Assembly: GCA_963724215.1 (NCBI GenBank)
Contig: CAVRTZ010000013.1
Span: 14,877-78,876, forward strand
DNA length: 64,000 nt
Source: an uncultured Ignavibacteria bacterium
GTDB lineage: Bacteria; Bacteroidota; Ignavibacteria; UBA10030; SZUA-254
Direction: 5' to 3'
The notes under the pieces are model-generated. The model was not told the DNA's origin. It did no database searches and saw nothing but the letters and a program-made list of their open reading frames with translations. The first letter of the stretch is position 1; every line of letters begins with the position of its first letter. Both the position numbers and the translations under genes were made by a program. Below are positions 20,325 to 30,900 of the stretch, one piece after another.

Positions 20325-21545
20325 AAGAACTTTTCCACAAATTGTTTTCACAGGCGGTCGGCATGCCTTTCACCATTACATATCCCGACCGGACTACTCA
20401 TTGAATACGGAGGCGCCGGAGAACCGAAATTCAACCTGATATTCAAGACGGAAAAGGCGATGCGCGCCATGCTCATCAACGTCGACCTGGGATTCGGGGA
20501 GGCCTACATGCTGGGGGACATCGACATCGAAGGGAAGATGACCGACCTGATGACCATCGTCATGACCGGGGACCTGATCAACGCGTTTCGCAAGGTCATT
20601 TATAAACCTGGCAATATCCTCCGCCACCTGCCGGGCCACGTGAATGTGTTCTGGAATTACCTCTACCAGCGGCACACGTACGAGAACGACAAACGGTTCA
20701 TCTCCGAGCCCTACGACCTCGGCAATGCGTTCTACGCGTTATGGCTGGACAAGGACATGCAGTACAGTTGCGGCTACTTTAAGACCCCTGAAGACCCCAT
20801 CGATCTCGCGCAGGAACAGAAACGCGAGCAGATATGCCGGAAACTCCGACTGAAATCCGGCGAGACGCTTCTCGACATCGGGTGCGGCTGGGGAGGAATG
20901 CTGATCTATGCCGCTCAACATTACGGGATCGGCGGGGTGGGTGTGACCCTCTCGAAGGAACAGGCCGAAGAATCGAACCGCCGGATCAGGAATGCCGGTT
21001 TGCAGGACCGGATTCGTGTGGAACATACCGACTATCGGGATCTGGCCGGTCAGGGCCGGGTGTTCGATAAGATTGTCTCCGTGGGTTGCCTGGAGCACAT
21101 CGGCAAGGAGAACCACGACCTTTACTTCTCGATCGTCAAACAGTTGCTGAAGCCCGGGGGCACGTTCGTCCTCCACACCATCAGCCGGTTGAAGCCCGGC
21201 CTCACCCTCGCCTTCGGCAACAAGCACGTCTTCCCGGGTGTCTACGCCGCGTCGCTGGTGGAGATCAGCGAGTGCCTTTCGAAGCTCGACATGCGCGTCC
21301 AGGACGTCGAAAATATGCGCCTGCATTACTCCTATACCATCCAGAGATGGCTGGACGCGTTCGAAGCGCACGTCGATGAGATCCGCGCGATGTACAATGA
21401 GCAGCTCGTCCGGCTGTTTCGCCTCTACCTGAGCCACGGCGTCGCATTGATGAGGTACGGTGATCAGGAGCTCTACCAGATCATCGTCACGCCCGGCGTC
21501 GACAACCAGCGCCCGATGACGCGCGACTATCTCTATGTGAAGTAA
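20321..21545 (+). pseudogene. cfa: Cyclopropane-fatty-acyl-phospholipid synthase family SAM-dependent methyltransferase, one frameshift near 20385-20400
   Basis: MKELFHKLFSQAVGMPFTITYPD.. runs into a stop. The frame of ORF 20460..21545 continues upstream as ..EYGGAGEPKFNLIFKTEKAMRAML..GEAYMLGDIDIEG.. The SAM motif is LLDIGCGWGGMLIYAA. Confidence 0.75.
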
Positions 21546-21631
21546 TTGGAACTCAACCCGCCGTTGCCTGCATTTCCGCGTCACCGGTCACGGTACGCCG
21601 CTTCCCACAGTCACGCTCAAAGGACCCGACC

Positions 21632-22228
21632 ATGCTCCCGGAAATACTGACCCGCAACCTGCGCGTCCTCTTCGTCGGAACGACCGTCGCCGAGACTTCG
21701 AGCGAGCTCGGGTTCTACTACCTGGGCCCCAACAACCGGTTCTGGGGCCTGCTCGAATACGCCGGCATCACCCCGACGTCCGTCGTCACCCCCCAGGAGC
21801 GCAAGATCCTCCTGGACACGCTGAAAACCCACGCGCTCACCGAGATGTACAAGAAACTCTTCTTCGAGAAGAAGGAGGGGGTGCTGGCGAAATTTCGCAT
21901 CGGCCTTACCGACCTCAACCGGCGGCGGGTCTTCAGCAACGACGACGAGCCGGACGCCCGACCGACGCCCGACGACGTCCGGAAGTTCGTCCTGAAGGTG
22001 GAGAAGTTCCAGCCGCAGGTCGTCGCGTTCGTCGCGAACCTCGAACTCTTCGAGAGCTGCTTCAAACCCCTCTACCCGGCGGCGACCCGCGAGAGGGGGA
22101 AACAGGATTTCACGATCGGCGCTTCCGAGGTCTGGCTCCTCGGGAGCACCAGCGGCAGAGTCAAGGACACGGAGGCGCTCGAACAGGTGTTCGAGGACCT
22201 CGAGGCCCGGATCAAGGCCATTCCCTGA
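21632..22228 (+). CDS. Mug/TDG-like (UDG superfamily) DNA glycosylase family protein, divergent active-site motif
   Basis: LRVLFVGTTVAETSSELGFYYLGPNNRFWGLLEYAGITP follows the Mug pattern L.V.F.GINPG..S...G..Y..P.NRFW..L. The GINPG motif is replaced by GTTVA. Confidence 0.5.
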   Translation: MLPEILTRNLRVLFVGTTVAETSSELGFYYLGPNNRFWGLLEYAGITPTSVVTPQERKILLDTLKTHALTEMYKKLFFEKKEGVLAKFRIGLTDLNRRRVFSNDDEPDARPTPDDVRKFVLKVEKFQPQVVAFVANLELFESCFKPLYPAATRERGKQDFTIGASEVWLLGSTSGRVKDTEALEQVFEDLEARIKAIP

Positions 22229-22299
22229 GACGCCGTTCGCCGGAATTTGACATCCGACCGCCATTTGATATCTTGATGAACACCCAGCGACGCTGACCC

Positions 22300-22845
22300 A
22301 TGAAAAAGAACCCTGACGCCCCGTGCCCCTGCGGCAGTAAAAAAAGTTATCGCTCCTGTTGCAAGCCGAGAGACGACCGGAACAGGATGTTCCTCTTCAT
22401 CGGCGTCACCATCGGGGGCATTTTCGCGGCGAAGCTCATGTTCACGGACCCTCGCATTCCTCCGGCTCCTCCCGGGAAGGTCTGGTCGGCGGAACACGGC
22501 CATTACCATGACGCGCCGCAAACCAATGCCCAGACACCCGCCGGCGGCGCCAACACCACCCCGGGATCGGCCGCCGGATCGACCGCGCCACCCGCCGGCA
22601 ATTTGAATATGCCCCAGCCGGACGGCCCGGTCCCCCCGGGAAAGGTCTGGTCCACCGAGCACGGTCACTGGCATGACCTCGTGCAAACGAATGCCCAATC
22701 GCCCGTCGCCCCATCCCCGGGCGCGCCGGGACAGGGTGCGACACCCGCCGGCAATGCGCTCGTGCCCCAGCCCGCCGGCCCCGTCCCGGCAGGGAAGGTG
22801 TGGTCTCCGGATCACGGCCACTGGCACGACGCGCCGAAACCCTGA
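22300..22845 (+). CDS. Membrane-anchored protein: N-terminal SEC-C motif, one TM helix, three GKVWSxEHGHWHD repeats
   Basis: CPCGSKKSYRSCC at aa 9-21. TM helix MFLFIGVTIGGIFAAKLMF. The repeats are PPGKVWSAEHGHYHD, PPGKVWSTEHGHWHD and PAGKVWSPDHGHWHD, separated by P/A/G/T-rich linkers. Confidence 0.7.
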   Translation: MKKNPDAPCPCGSKKSYRSCCKPRDDRNRMFLFIGVTIGGIFAAKLMFTDPRIPPAPPGKVWSAEHGHYHDAPQTNAQTPAGGANTTPGSAAGSTAPPAGNLNMPQPDGPVPPGKVWSTEHGHWHDLVQTNAQSPVAPSPGAPGQGATPAGNALVPQPAGPVPAGKVWSPDHGHWHDAPKP

Positions 22846-22931
22846 TCCGGGTCTGCCGCCCGCCGCGCGGAATCTTGAGGGCGATTTTTGTATCTTTGGG
22901 TGTCCACGCCCCCAACATCGACTGAATCGCC

Positions 22932-24017
22932 ATGCAAATCGGCATCGTAGGCCTTCCCTTCTCAGGAAAATCCACCCTCTTCCAGACCATCACAAAAACG
23001 CACATCGACCCGCACGCGCTTGCCCGCGCCGAGTCCCACCACGCGATCGTCCGCGTCCCCGACGCCCGCCTCGGCAAGATGTCCGAACTCTTCAAACCAA
23101 AGAGCACCGTCTACGCCACCATCGAGTTCGTCGACGTGGTCGGCCTGAAGAAAGGTGACTCGGGGTCGACGCAGTTCACCACGTCGTTCCTCTCCAGCGT
23201 AAAAACCAACGACGCGCTCGTGCAGGTGGTGAGGCTCTTCGCGAGCGATACGGTCCCGCACCCGGACGGCAGCGTCGACGCCCTGCGCGACATCTCCACC
23301 TTCGAAACGGAGTTCGTTCTCTCGGACCTGACGGTCGTCGATACGCGCATCGAGCGGATCAGGAAAAACCTCCAGAAGGGATCGGACGAGGTCGGCAGGA
23401 AGGAATTGCCGGTCCTCGAAAAATGCAACGCGCTCCTGCAGGAGGGGAAGCCGCTCCGCGAGGCCGGGCTGTCAAAAGACGAGCTCCACATCCTGAAGAC
23501 CTATCAATTATTGAGCGTCAAGCCGATGCTGATCGCCCTCAACGGCGACGAGAGCCAGCTCCCGAGGATGAAGGAGTTCGAGGAATCGGTCCGGAAGGAA
23601 AAGGGGGGGAAGCACACGAAAGTGTTGTCGTTCTTCGGGAAGATCGAGCTGGAGATGTCGGAACTGCCCGAGGACGAGGCGGCCGTCTTCATGGGAGAAT
23701 ACGGCATCAGGGAATCGGCGCTCGACACGCTCCTCCGGGAGGCCTACGACCTTCAGGGCCTGCAGTCGTTCTTCACGGTCGGCGAGGACGAGTGCCGCGC
23801 GTGGACGATCAGGAAAGGGATGACGGCACAGGAGTCGGCCGGCGTGATCCATTCGGATTTCGTGAGCAAATTCATCCGGGCGGAGGTGGTCCATTACGAC
23901 GACTTCGTCGCCCACGGCGCCTCGTTCGCGAAGGTGAAGGAGAAGGGGCTCTGGCGCCTCGAGGGGAAGGAGTACGTCGTCCACGAGGGGGACATCCTGA
24001 ACATCAGGCATAGTTGA
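22932..24017 (+). CDS. ychF: Redox-regulated ATPase YchF (Obg-like)
   Basis: MQIGIVGLPFSGKSTLFQTIT.. G1 motif, full-length colinear YchF pattern, and a TGS-like C-terminus (..EGKEYVVHEGDILNIRH). Confidence 0.9.
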   Translation: MQIGIVGLPFSGKSTLFQTITKTHIDPHALARAESHHAIVRVPDARLGKMSELFKPKSTVYATIEFVDVVGLKKGDSGSTQFTTSFLSSVKTNDALVQVVRLFASDTVPHPDGSVDALRDISTFETEFVLSDLTVVDTRIERIRKNLQKGSDEVGRKELPVLEKCNALLQEGKPLREAGLSKDELHILKTYQLLSVKPMLIALNGDESQLPRMKEFEESVRKEKGGKHTKVLSFFGKIELEMSELPEDEAAVFMGEYGIRESALDTLLREAYDLQGLQSFFTVGEDECRAWTIRKGMTAQESAGVIHSDFVSKFIRAEVVHYDDFVAHGASFAKVKEKGLWRLEGKEYVVHEGDILNIRHS

Positions 24018-24018
24018 T

Positions 24019-25212
24019 ATGCGCGCCCTACCGGCCTGGATGGTCGCCGTCGCCGCCATCTCCCGGCTCTCCTGCACGGACGACGCCCCGGTGGAACCCG
24101 GCGATCCGACAATCGTCCGGGGACTCTGGAAGAACACGGCGCCGATGGACACGATCGAATACATTGCCGGTTCGACGCACCACCTCGGGTACATCGAGCT
24201 CGGAGCCGATTTCCGGGGCAGGGTCTACCTCCAGACACGGGACCGGTTTCGATGGTCGACCCCCTCTTCGTACTCGGTCGACGGCGCCACGATCCACCTG
24301 CAGGACCTGGTCCTGATGGAGCCGGAATACGATTATTTGAAGGACGTCCTCAGCGTTGGCGATCAGCAGTTTGAGCGCTCTGTGGACACGGCAATCGTCG
24401 GGGCGTGGGCCGATTCGGTCGCGCTCACGGACCTTGTCGTTCTCCCGGGGGATGGGCGGCGGGGCCTCACCTACCAGGGACTCGCGTTCGACGGGACATC
24501 GTTGTATACGCTGGAATCGTTCGCCATCAGGAATTATTCGACGTCTGGCGCGCTCATCCGGGTCGTCCCGATCCCCGCGGGGGATTCGCTCTCGGGCGGG
24601 TTCCGGCAGTACACGACCTGCATCGCCTATGCGAACGGATACATCTGGCTCGCAGTCGTCCACAACCTCGAAGCCCAACGGGTCTATAAACTTCACCCGG
24701 ACAGCCTGACGCCGGTCGGTTCGATCGTCCTCTCCGGCACGTCCCGCCTGCTGCGATCGATGGCGGTCTCCGACGGCGGGGACACGATCCGGGCGATCGC
24801 GCAGGGCTTCAACGGCGACGCCGTCTGCTGGTTGCACACGATCGACGCGGCGACGGGCGCGGAGATCGTGGAAAGCCGTCGCCTTGCAACGGATCCCGAA
24901 CCGCTGGCCTTCCGCGACGGCTACCTCTGGGGTGAACGCATCGTCACCACGTCGTCGTCGATCGCCGAGCGGCATTACCTTCAGGAGTTTGATCCGACCG
25001 ACCGGATGACGCGCCGTTCGGTCCGCCTCACGGGCTTCCCCGACCTCCAGTTCTATCCCTTTGGTCCCAGGATATCCGGGGTCGCGTTCGTCGACGGGGG
25101 GGTCTATGTGCTGGACGGTTATGATCATACGCTCTGGCGCGATGCGCCAGCATCCCCGGTGGCAGGGAACCCGCCGCCGTCCCCGGAACCCGACACTTCA
25201 TCCCGGAGGTAA
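24019..25212 (+). CDS. Hypothetical lipoprotein
   Basis: Lipobox-like ..AAISRLSC. No motif recognised. The codon bias matches its neighbours. It starts 1 nt after the ychF stop. Confidence 0.5.
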   Translation: MRALPAWMVAVAAISRLSCTDDAPVEPGDPTIVRGLWKNTAPMDTIEYIAGSTHHLGYIELGADFRGRVYLQTRDRFRWSTPSSYSVDGATIHLQDLVLMEPEYDYLKDVLSVGDQQFERSVDTAIVGAWADSVALTDLVVLPGDGRRGLTYQGLAFDGTSLYTLESFAIRNYSTSGALIRVVPIPAGDSLSGGFRQYTTCIAYANGYIWLAVVHNLEAQRVYKLHPDSLTPVGSIVLSGTSRLLRSMAVSDGGDTIRAIAQGFNGDAVCWLHTIDAATGAEIVESRRLATDPEPLAFRDGYLWGERIVTTSSSIAERHYLQEFDPTDRMTRRSVRLTGFPDLQFYPFGPRISGVAFVDGGVYVLDGYDHTLWRDAPASPVAGNPPPSPEPDTSSRR

Positions 25213-25214
25213 CC

Positions 25215-25802
25215 ATGAAATCCCTGGCGTTGTTCCTGCTGACGGCGATGATCCTCTCCTGCACCGACGGCTACGGGCAGATCAAGACCAAGGAAACCCG
25301 CGTCACCGTCGACTCGCTGAAGGGTGACACCACGATCACGAAATCCGAGACCATCTCGGAGAGCGAGGACATCACCCCGCGCACCTCGATGATCGTCATC
25401 AATCCGCTCAAGTTCTTCCTCTTCTACAACATCTCCTACTTCCACAAAATCTCTCCGTCCGTCGTGATCGGCGGAGGGATCCAGTTCCCGACGCCGTCGG
25501 AGTGGGACGGCTTCGGCGTGCTCGCGGAGGTCCGCATCCATCCGTCGAAGAAGGCGCTCCGCGGGTTCTACGTCGCGCCCAACATCTCCTACAACCACCT
25601 CGAGGAAGGCGGGGAGGAGACTTCCCCGTTCTCTGTGGGAGGGCTCGTCGGCTGGCAGTGGTTCCCGGGGGATGAATTCGCAATGGGACTCGGCATCGGC
25701 GCAGACTATTATATGGGCTCGGTGACTTCGAACGGCGCCCAGGATGAAAAATACGACGGATGGGCCCCCCTGGTCCGGTTCGACATCGGGTACGCGTGGT
25801 AG
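25215..25802 (+). CDS. Hypothetical lipoprotein / small outer-membrane beta-barrel-like protein
   Basis: Lipobox LTAMILSC. Alternating hydrophobic strands and an aromatic C-terminus (..VRFDIGYAW). Confidence 0.45.
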   Translation: MKSLALFLLTAMILSCTDGYGQIKTKETRVTVDSLKGDTTITKSETISESEDITPRTSMIVINPLKFFLFYNISYFHKISPSVVIGGGIQFPTPSEWDGFGVLAEVRIHPSKKALRGFYVAPNISYNHLEEGGEETSPFSVGGLVGWQWFPGDEFAMGLGIGADYYMGSVTSNGAQDEKYDGWAPLVRFDIGYAW

Positions 25803-25938
25803 GACCGTTCCGGCCGTACGCCGGCCCCGGTTGACCGCCGGGTCCCGCGCGGAATTTCCGATCGCCCACGACGACGGCTTGCCTCTTTCAGGATAACTCG
25901 GTACTTTCCCGGATCATCCGTCCCTGAGAGGTGCCGTC

Positions 25939-27459
25939 GTGAATCACGCGAATCTTTCACTTTTTCTTGCGCTCCTGCTCGGCCTCGCGCCGGTTGCTCC
26001 GGCGCAGTGGGTCAGGCAAAACCTTCCCGTCGACATGGGCATGGCGCTCGACGTCGCCCGTTCCGGCGATTCGTCATATGTCGCATCCGGATACATCCTC
26101 TCGGGTGATTTCAGCGGCCGGGCGGCGTACACGAACGACGGCGGTACCACCTGGAACCTGTCGTCGTTGCCCGATTCCTCCCGCGCGCTCGTCGCGGTGG
26201 AATTCACTTCGACGGACACGGGGTTCATCGCCGCGGCGTACAACAAATCGACCTTCTCGCGCGCGTCGTACGTCCTCCCGGCGGGTGAATGGTTGTCCTC
26301 CTCCGACGGAACCCTTCGAAAGCTCCGGCGGATCGGATTCACCGGGGACCCGTACACCGTGGGCCCGTACACCGAGGGCGTCTTCACCGGCGGGATGCTC
26401 CTCATGACCACGAACCGGGGACAGGTCTGGTCGGTGAAACACATCTTCCCGGACAGCGTCACCTACCTGCTCGGCGGCTCGTTCCCGACGGCGCGTACCG
26501 GCTTCGTCGCCGCCGCCCTGCTCCCCTCATCGGGTGAATATGCGATCCTGAAAACCACGGACGGCGGGTCGACCTGGGCGGCGCTCCCGATTCCCGATTC
26601 CATCACGGTGCTGAACGACGTCTGCTTCACCGACTCGCTCCGCGGGTATGCCGCCGGCAGACAGTTCCGCAATTCAATGATCAGCGGCGTCGTCATCCGC
26701 ACAACAGACGGCGGGGCCACGTGGGACCGCACGGATTTCCCCGCCGTCACGGGATTGATGGACCTCGAATTCCCATCGGCGACGACCGGGTATGCCGTCG
26801 GGACGAAGGCGAATTCCTTCATCCATAAGACGACCGACGGCGGAACGAGCTGGACGCCCCTCTCCTATCAACCGGACACGATCATGCTCGACGGGGTCTG
26901 TTTCGCGCCCGGGGGCGTCGTCGGAACGGCGTACGGCGTGAGGATCCGGAACGACAGCCTGGGATCACCGCTCCCGCTGATCCCCGTCGCCGTGACGACC
27001 ACCGACGGCGGGGCGAGCTGGGCCGCGAGCTTCACCGACACTTCCCTCACCGGTTGCGTCGTGGCGGGCGGCATCCAGATCGATCCGCTCAGGGCGTACC
27101 TCTCCGGCGGGAAACTGTTCAGCGACGGCCTGATGCTGCACACCGAGAACGGCGGACTCACGGAAGTTCCGGCTGGAAACGGGGAGGTGCTCCCCGGACG
27201 CTTCCTCCTCCATCAAAATTATCCGAACCCCTTCAACGGAACCACCCATCTCAGGTACAGTCTGCCGGCGGCGGCGCGTGTTTCGCTGAAAATTTTCGAT
27301 GTGCTCGGCAGGGAGGCGTCCGTCCTGGTGGAGGAATGGCAGGACCCGGGTGACCGGGAGGCGGCATGGCGGGCCGATGACTTCCCCAGCGGCGTCTATT
27401 TCTGCTATTTTTCAGCCAATGGCCGTGTACAGATCCGGAAACTGATCCTTATGCGTTGA
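25939..27459 (+). CDS. BNR/Ycf48-like beta-propeller protein with T9SS C-terminal sorting domain
   Basis: Signal peptide (GTG start, ..LALLLGLAPVAPAQW). Blades TNDGGTTW, TTDGGSTW, TTDGGATW, TTDGGTSW and TTDGGASW. The C-terminus is [32 protein letters not shown]. Confidence 0.8.
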   Translation: MNHANLSLFLALLLGLAPVAPAQWVRQNLPVDMGMALDVARSGDSSYVASGYILSGDFSGRAAYTNDGGTTWNLSSLPDSSRALVAVEFTSTDTGFIAAAYNKSTFSRASYVLPAGEWLSSSDGTLRKLRRIGFTGDPYTVGPYTEGVFTGGMLLMTTNRGQVWSVKHIFPDSVTYLLGGSFPTARTGFVAAALLPSSGEYAILKTTDGGSTWAALPIPDSITVLNDVCFTDSLRGYAAGRQFRNSMISGVVIRTTDGGATWDRTDFPAVTGLMDLEFPSATTGYAVGTKANSFIHKTTDGGTSWTPLSYQPDTIMLDGVCFAPGGVVGTAYGVRIRNDSLGSPLPLIPVAVTTTDGGASWAASFTDTSLTGCVVAGGIQIDPLRAYLSGGKLFSDGLMLHTENGGLTEVPAGNGEVLPGRFLLHQNYPNPFNGTTHLRYSLPAAARVSLKIFDVLGREASVLVEEWQDPGDREAAWRADDFPSGVYFCYFSANGRVQIRKLILMR

Positions 27460-27608
27460 GAAAGTCCACCCTCTACGGTCGGGCGGAAGGGGTTGAATTA
27501 CCCGCTTGGGCCATCACCCCCCCTCGTCATCGCCAGGTAGTCGAGTCGTCGTCGGTACAGAAAAGTGATCAAAATGTGATGAATTATTCGGCATTCGACG
27601 ATTTTTCC

Positions 27609-27637
27609 TTGACACAGGCGGGGGGAAAAGGTATATT
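27609..27637 (+). promoter_or_regulatory. Sigma70-like promoter candidate (TTGACA-17 nt-TATATT) upstream of the giant adhesin gene
   Basis: Hexamers at 27609..27614 and 27632..27637, about 265 nt upstream of ATG 27901, in a 440-bp AT-richer intergenic region. Confidence 0.3.
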
Positions 27638-27900
27638 CGTCATGCGAATAAGGGGGCCTGAATCAGGGCCGAAGATGATTATCATGAATTTCGTTCTTCC
27701 TTTTCTCCGCGGCCACGCGCCTGCCGGTCGCGAGTTGGATTTCCATCCGAGATCCCTGTTGATCCCGATACCTTGTGATTATTAAAAATCGACGCGATCG
27801 ATCGCGCCGACACGGCAGCGTTATGCTTGCGCCGGACGCCGTCCGTTCATAACACTGAACATATTTCCATCATCCCCTCATATCATCGATAGGAGTTCTT

Positions 27901-30900
27901 ATGAAACATTTGTACTCTCTGCTCGTCGCGGTGGTGGTTCTCGCGGCGATACCGCTTCTGCCGGTATTCGCGCAGGACTGCCCGCCCGATTCGATCCCGA
28001 ACCCGGGCATCATCGGGACGTTTTCGCCCGACACCACCTGCATCGACAAGGGCGATAACCCCGCCGGCGGCACACCCGACCGGCCCCACTGCCTGTACGC
28101 GTGCGAGCTGCACTACGCCACGTTCTGCACCGCGTTGAATCCCGGCAACACCTATACCTGGTCGGTCGGCGGCGGCGTGATCACCGGCGGACAGGGGACC
28201 AACTGCGTCACCGTCCTCTGGGGACCCGCCGGCAACGGCACGATCAGCGTCACGGAAATGAATCCCGACTCCTGCGTCGGGACGGATTCCACCTGCGTCA
28301 AGATCATCGCCTCTCCGGTGGCGGCGTTCACCTCGAGCGTCAACGCCTGCCTGCAGACCCCGATCAGTTTCATGAACAACTCCACCGGCGCGGTAAGTTA
28401 CCAGTGGAATTTCGGCGACGGGAGCCCGATCGTCAACACCTTCAACGCTTCCCACGCCTACCAGAACCCCGGCTCCTACACCGTCACGCTGATCGCGTTC
28501 AACCAGTGCGGGTGCTCGGACACGGCCACGGGCGTGGTCAATATCAGTTCCGACCCCGGACCGGTGATCGAATGCCCGGCCACGGTGTGCGCGTTTGACC
28601 AGGAATGCTACTCCACGCCGAGCGGATGCCCCACGGCGGTCTATACCTGGATCGTCACCGGCGGCACGCCGATCGGCCCGACCAACACCTCGAGCCTCTG
28701 CGTCCAGTGGGGCGCGGGACCGGTCGGCACCGTTTCGCTCATCATCACCGGCTGCGGCGGCACCTGTCCCGACACGACGACCGCGATCGTTCCGATCGTC
28801 AGCCCGACCGCGAACATCGCGGGGCCCAACCCGGTCTGCATCGGCGCGATCGGCACCTACACGCTTCCGACGTGGCCCGGCGTCTATTATAACTGGTCGC
28901 TTTCCGGCGGCGGCACGATCGTCTCCGGCCTGAACACGCAGGCCCTCACGATCCAGTGGGGCCTCTCGCCCGGCAACTACGTGCTCTCCTGCTACTGGAA
29001 CGACACGACCCTCGGCTGTTCCGGCTACGACTCCATCATCGTCAAGGTGCGTCCCGAGTGGTTCATCAGCGGGGCCACCGGTCCGTTCTGCCTCGGCGAC
29101 AGCACCGTGTACAGCACGCCCGGTCCCGCCAACTGGACCGTCAGCGGCGGCAACGCCTCAGCGGGCAACGGCACGCCCAACTTCACGGTCTACTGGAGCG
29201 TCGCGGGCACGCACACCGTCACGGCGACCACACTCACCCCCGGCCAGTTCTGCAACCCGGTCGACAGCCTGACGGCGACGGTGATCTTAGTGCCGACCGC
29301 TCTCTCTCTCATCGGCCCGGCGAGCGCGTGCGCGTCGATACCGTACCAGTACACCGCCACGGCCTCCGGACCGGGGTATACATTCCTCTGGTCGGTCACC
29401 GGCGGCGGGACCATCATCGGCTCACCGACCGCCAACCCTGTGACCGTCATGTGGTCTGCGCCAGGCACCATCTCCGTCCAGCAGGTCCAGACGAGTCCGC
29501 CACAATGCCCCTCGGCCCCGATCTCGATGAACGTGGGCCTCTTCACGGTCTCGACCATCACCGGCCCCGACACGGTCTGCATGGACCAGGCGGCGGTCTT
29601 CTCGGCCGGCGCCCCGAACCCCTTCATCGACTACCAGTGGTCGATCGAGGACGGCCTCGGCAATCCCTCCTCCGCCGGCAGCATCACGGGCGGGCAGGGG
29701 ACCAACCAGATCAACGTTCTGTGGCACGGCCCCGGCGGTAACGCCGTCGTCGTCCTCAAGGTCTGCAACGGCACGATCAACCACCCGGTGGTGATCCTGC
29801 CGAAACCGACCCCGACCATCCTGGTGAGCGGCACCGTCTGCGCGGTCGGAGGCGGCACGGCGACCCTCTCGCTCTCGAGCCCGTACGCCTCGTACGTCTG
29901 GTTCGACGCGACCACCGGCCCGACGACCACCGTGACCGCGCCCGGCACGTACAGCGTCACCGTGACGAACGCCAACGGCTGCACGGCCAGTGCGACCGTC
30001 ACCGTGGCCGCGGCACCGGCGCCGATCGCGAGCATCTCGACGCCCGACCCGACCGCCTACTGTCTGCCGGCCTCGATCAGCACGACGTTCTACGCGCTCG
30101 TCGGGACCGGGTACAGCTACACCTGGTACCCCGGCGCGATCGCCGGCGGACCGACGTTCACCGCGACCGGCACCGGCACCTACTATGTCGTCGTGACCGG
30201 GCCGAACGGCTGCATGGCCACGTCGAACCAGATCACGATCACCGCGGCGACCTGCCCGCCCGGGTCGTGCACGCCCCAGGCGTACACGCTCGCGATCGCC
30301 GACACGGCCCAGAACCCGAACTGCAACCTGATCAACTTCGGGGCGATCAGCACGAACGTGAGCAACTTCAACTGGAGCTTCGGTGACGGCGGGGTCGCCG
30401 GCAACGTCGTGAACACGTCGCACCTCTATACGACCGCGGGGTATTACACCGTGTCGCTCTGCGGCGACGTTCCCGAGGCGCTCCCCGGAACGGGCGTCTG
30501 CCCCGTGTGCACGTCGATCTCCGTCGCGATCCCGGTCGCGTCGGACTTCGATACGCTGGTGAGCTGCGACACCGTCTACTTCACGGAGATGGCGACAAAC
30601 CTCCCGGCGAACACGATCACCGGGTACAGCTGGAGCTTCCCCGGCGGTTCGCCGTCGGCGTTCAGCGGACCCGTTCCCCCGCCGGTGTATTACGCGACCT
30701 CCGGCCCGCACCTGGTCACCCTGACCGTCACCGACGGCGCCTGCCAGGCGTCGATCACGAAGTCGGTCACCACGAACCCGGCGCCCTCGGGCACCTTCAC
30801 GATGCCCCCGACGGCGTGCGCCGGCTCCAACATCCCGCTCAACGGGATCGGCGCGGGCATCACCAGCTGGGCGTGGAACTTCGGCGACGCGAGCACTTCG

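Noticed and set aside
22072-23107. Minus-strand ORFs 22072..22827 and 22442..23107 across the SEC-C repeat gene and the ychF start
   Set aside because: Low-complexity Arg/Gly/Pro translations. The plus-strand genes have a SEC-C motif, a TM helix, exact peptide repeats and the YchF G1 motif.
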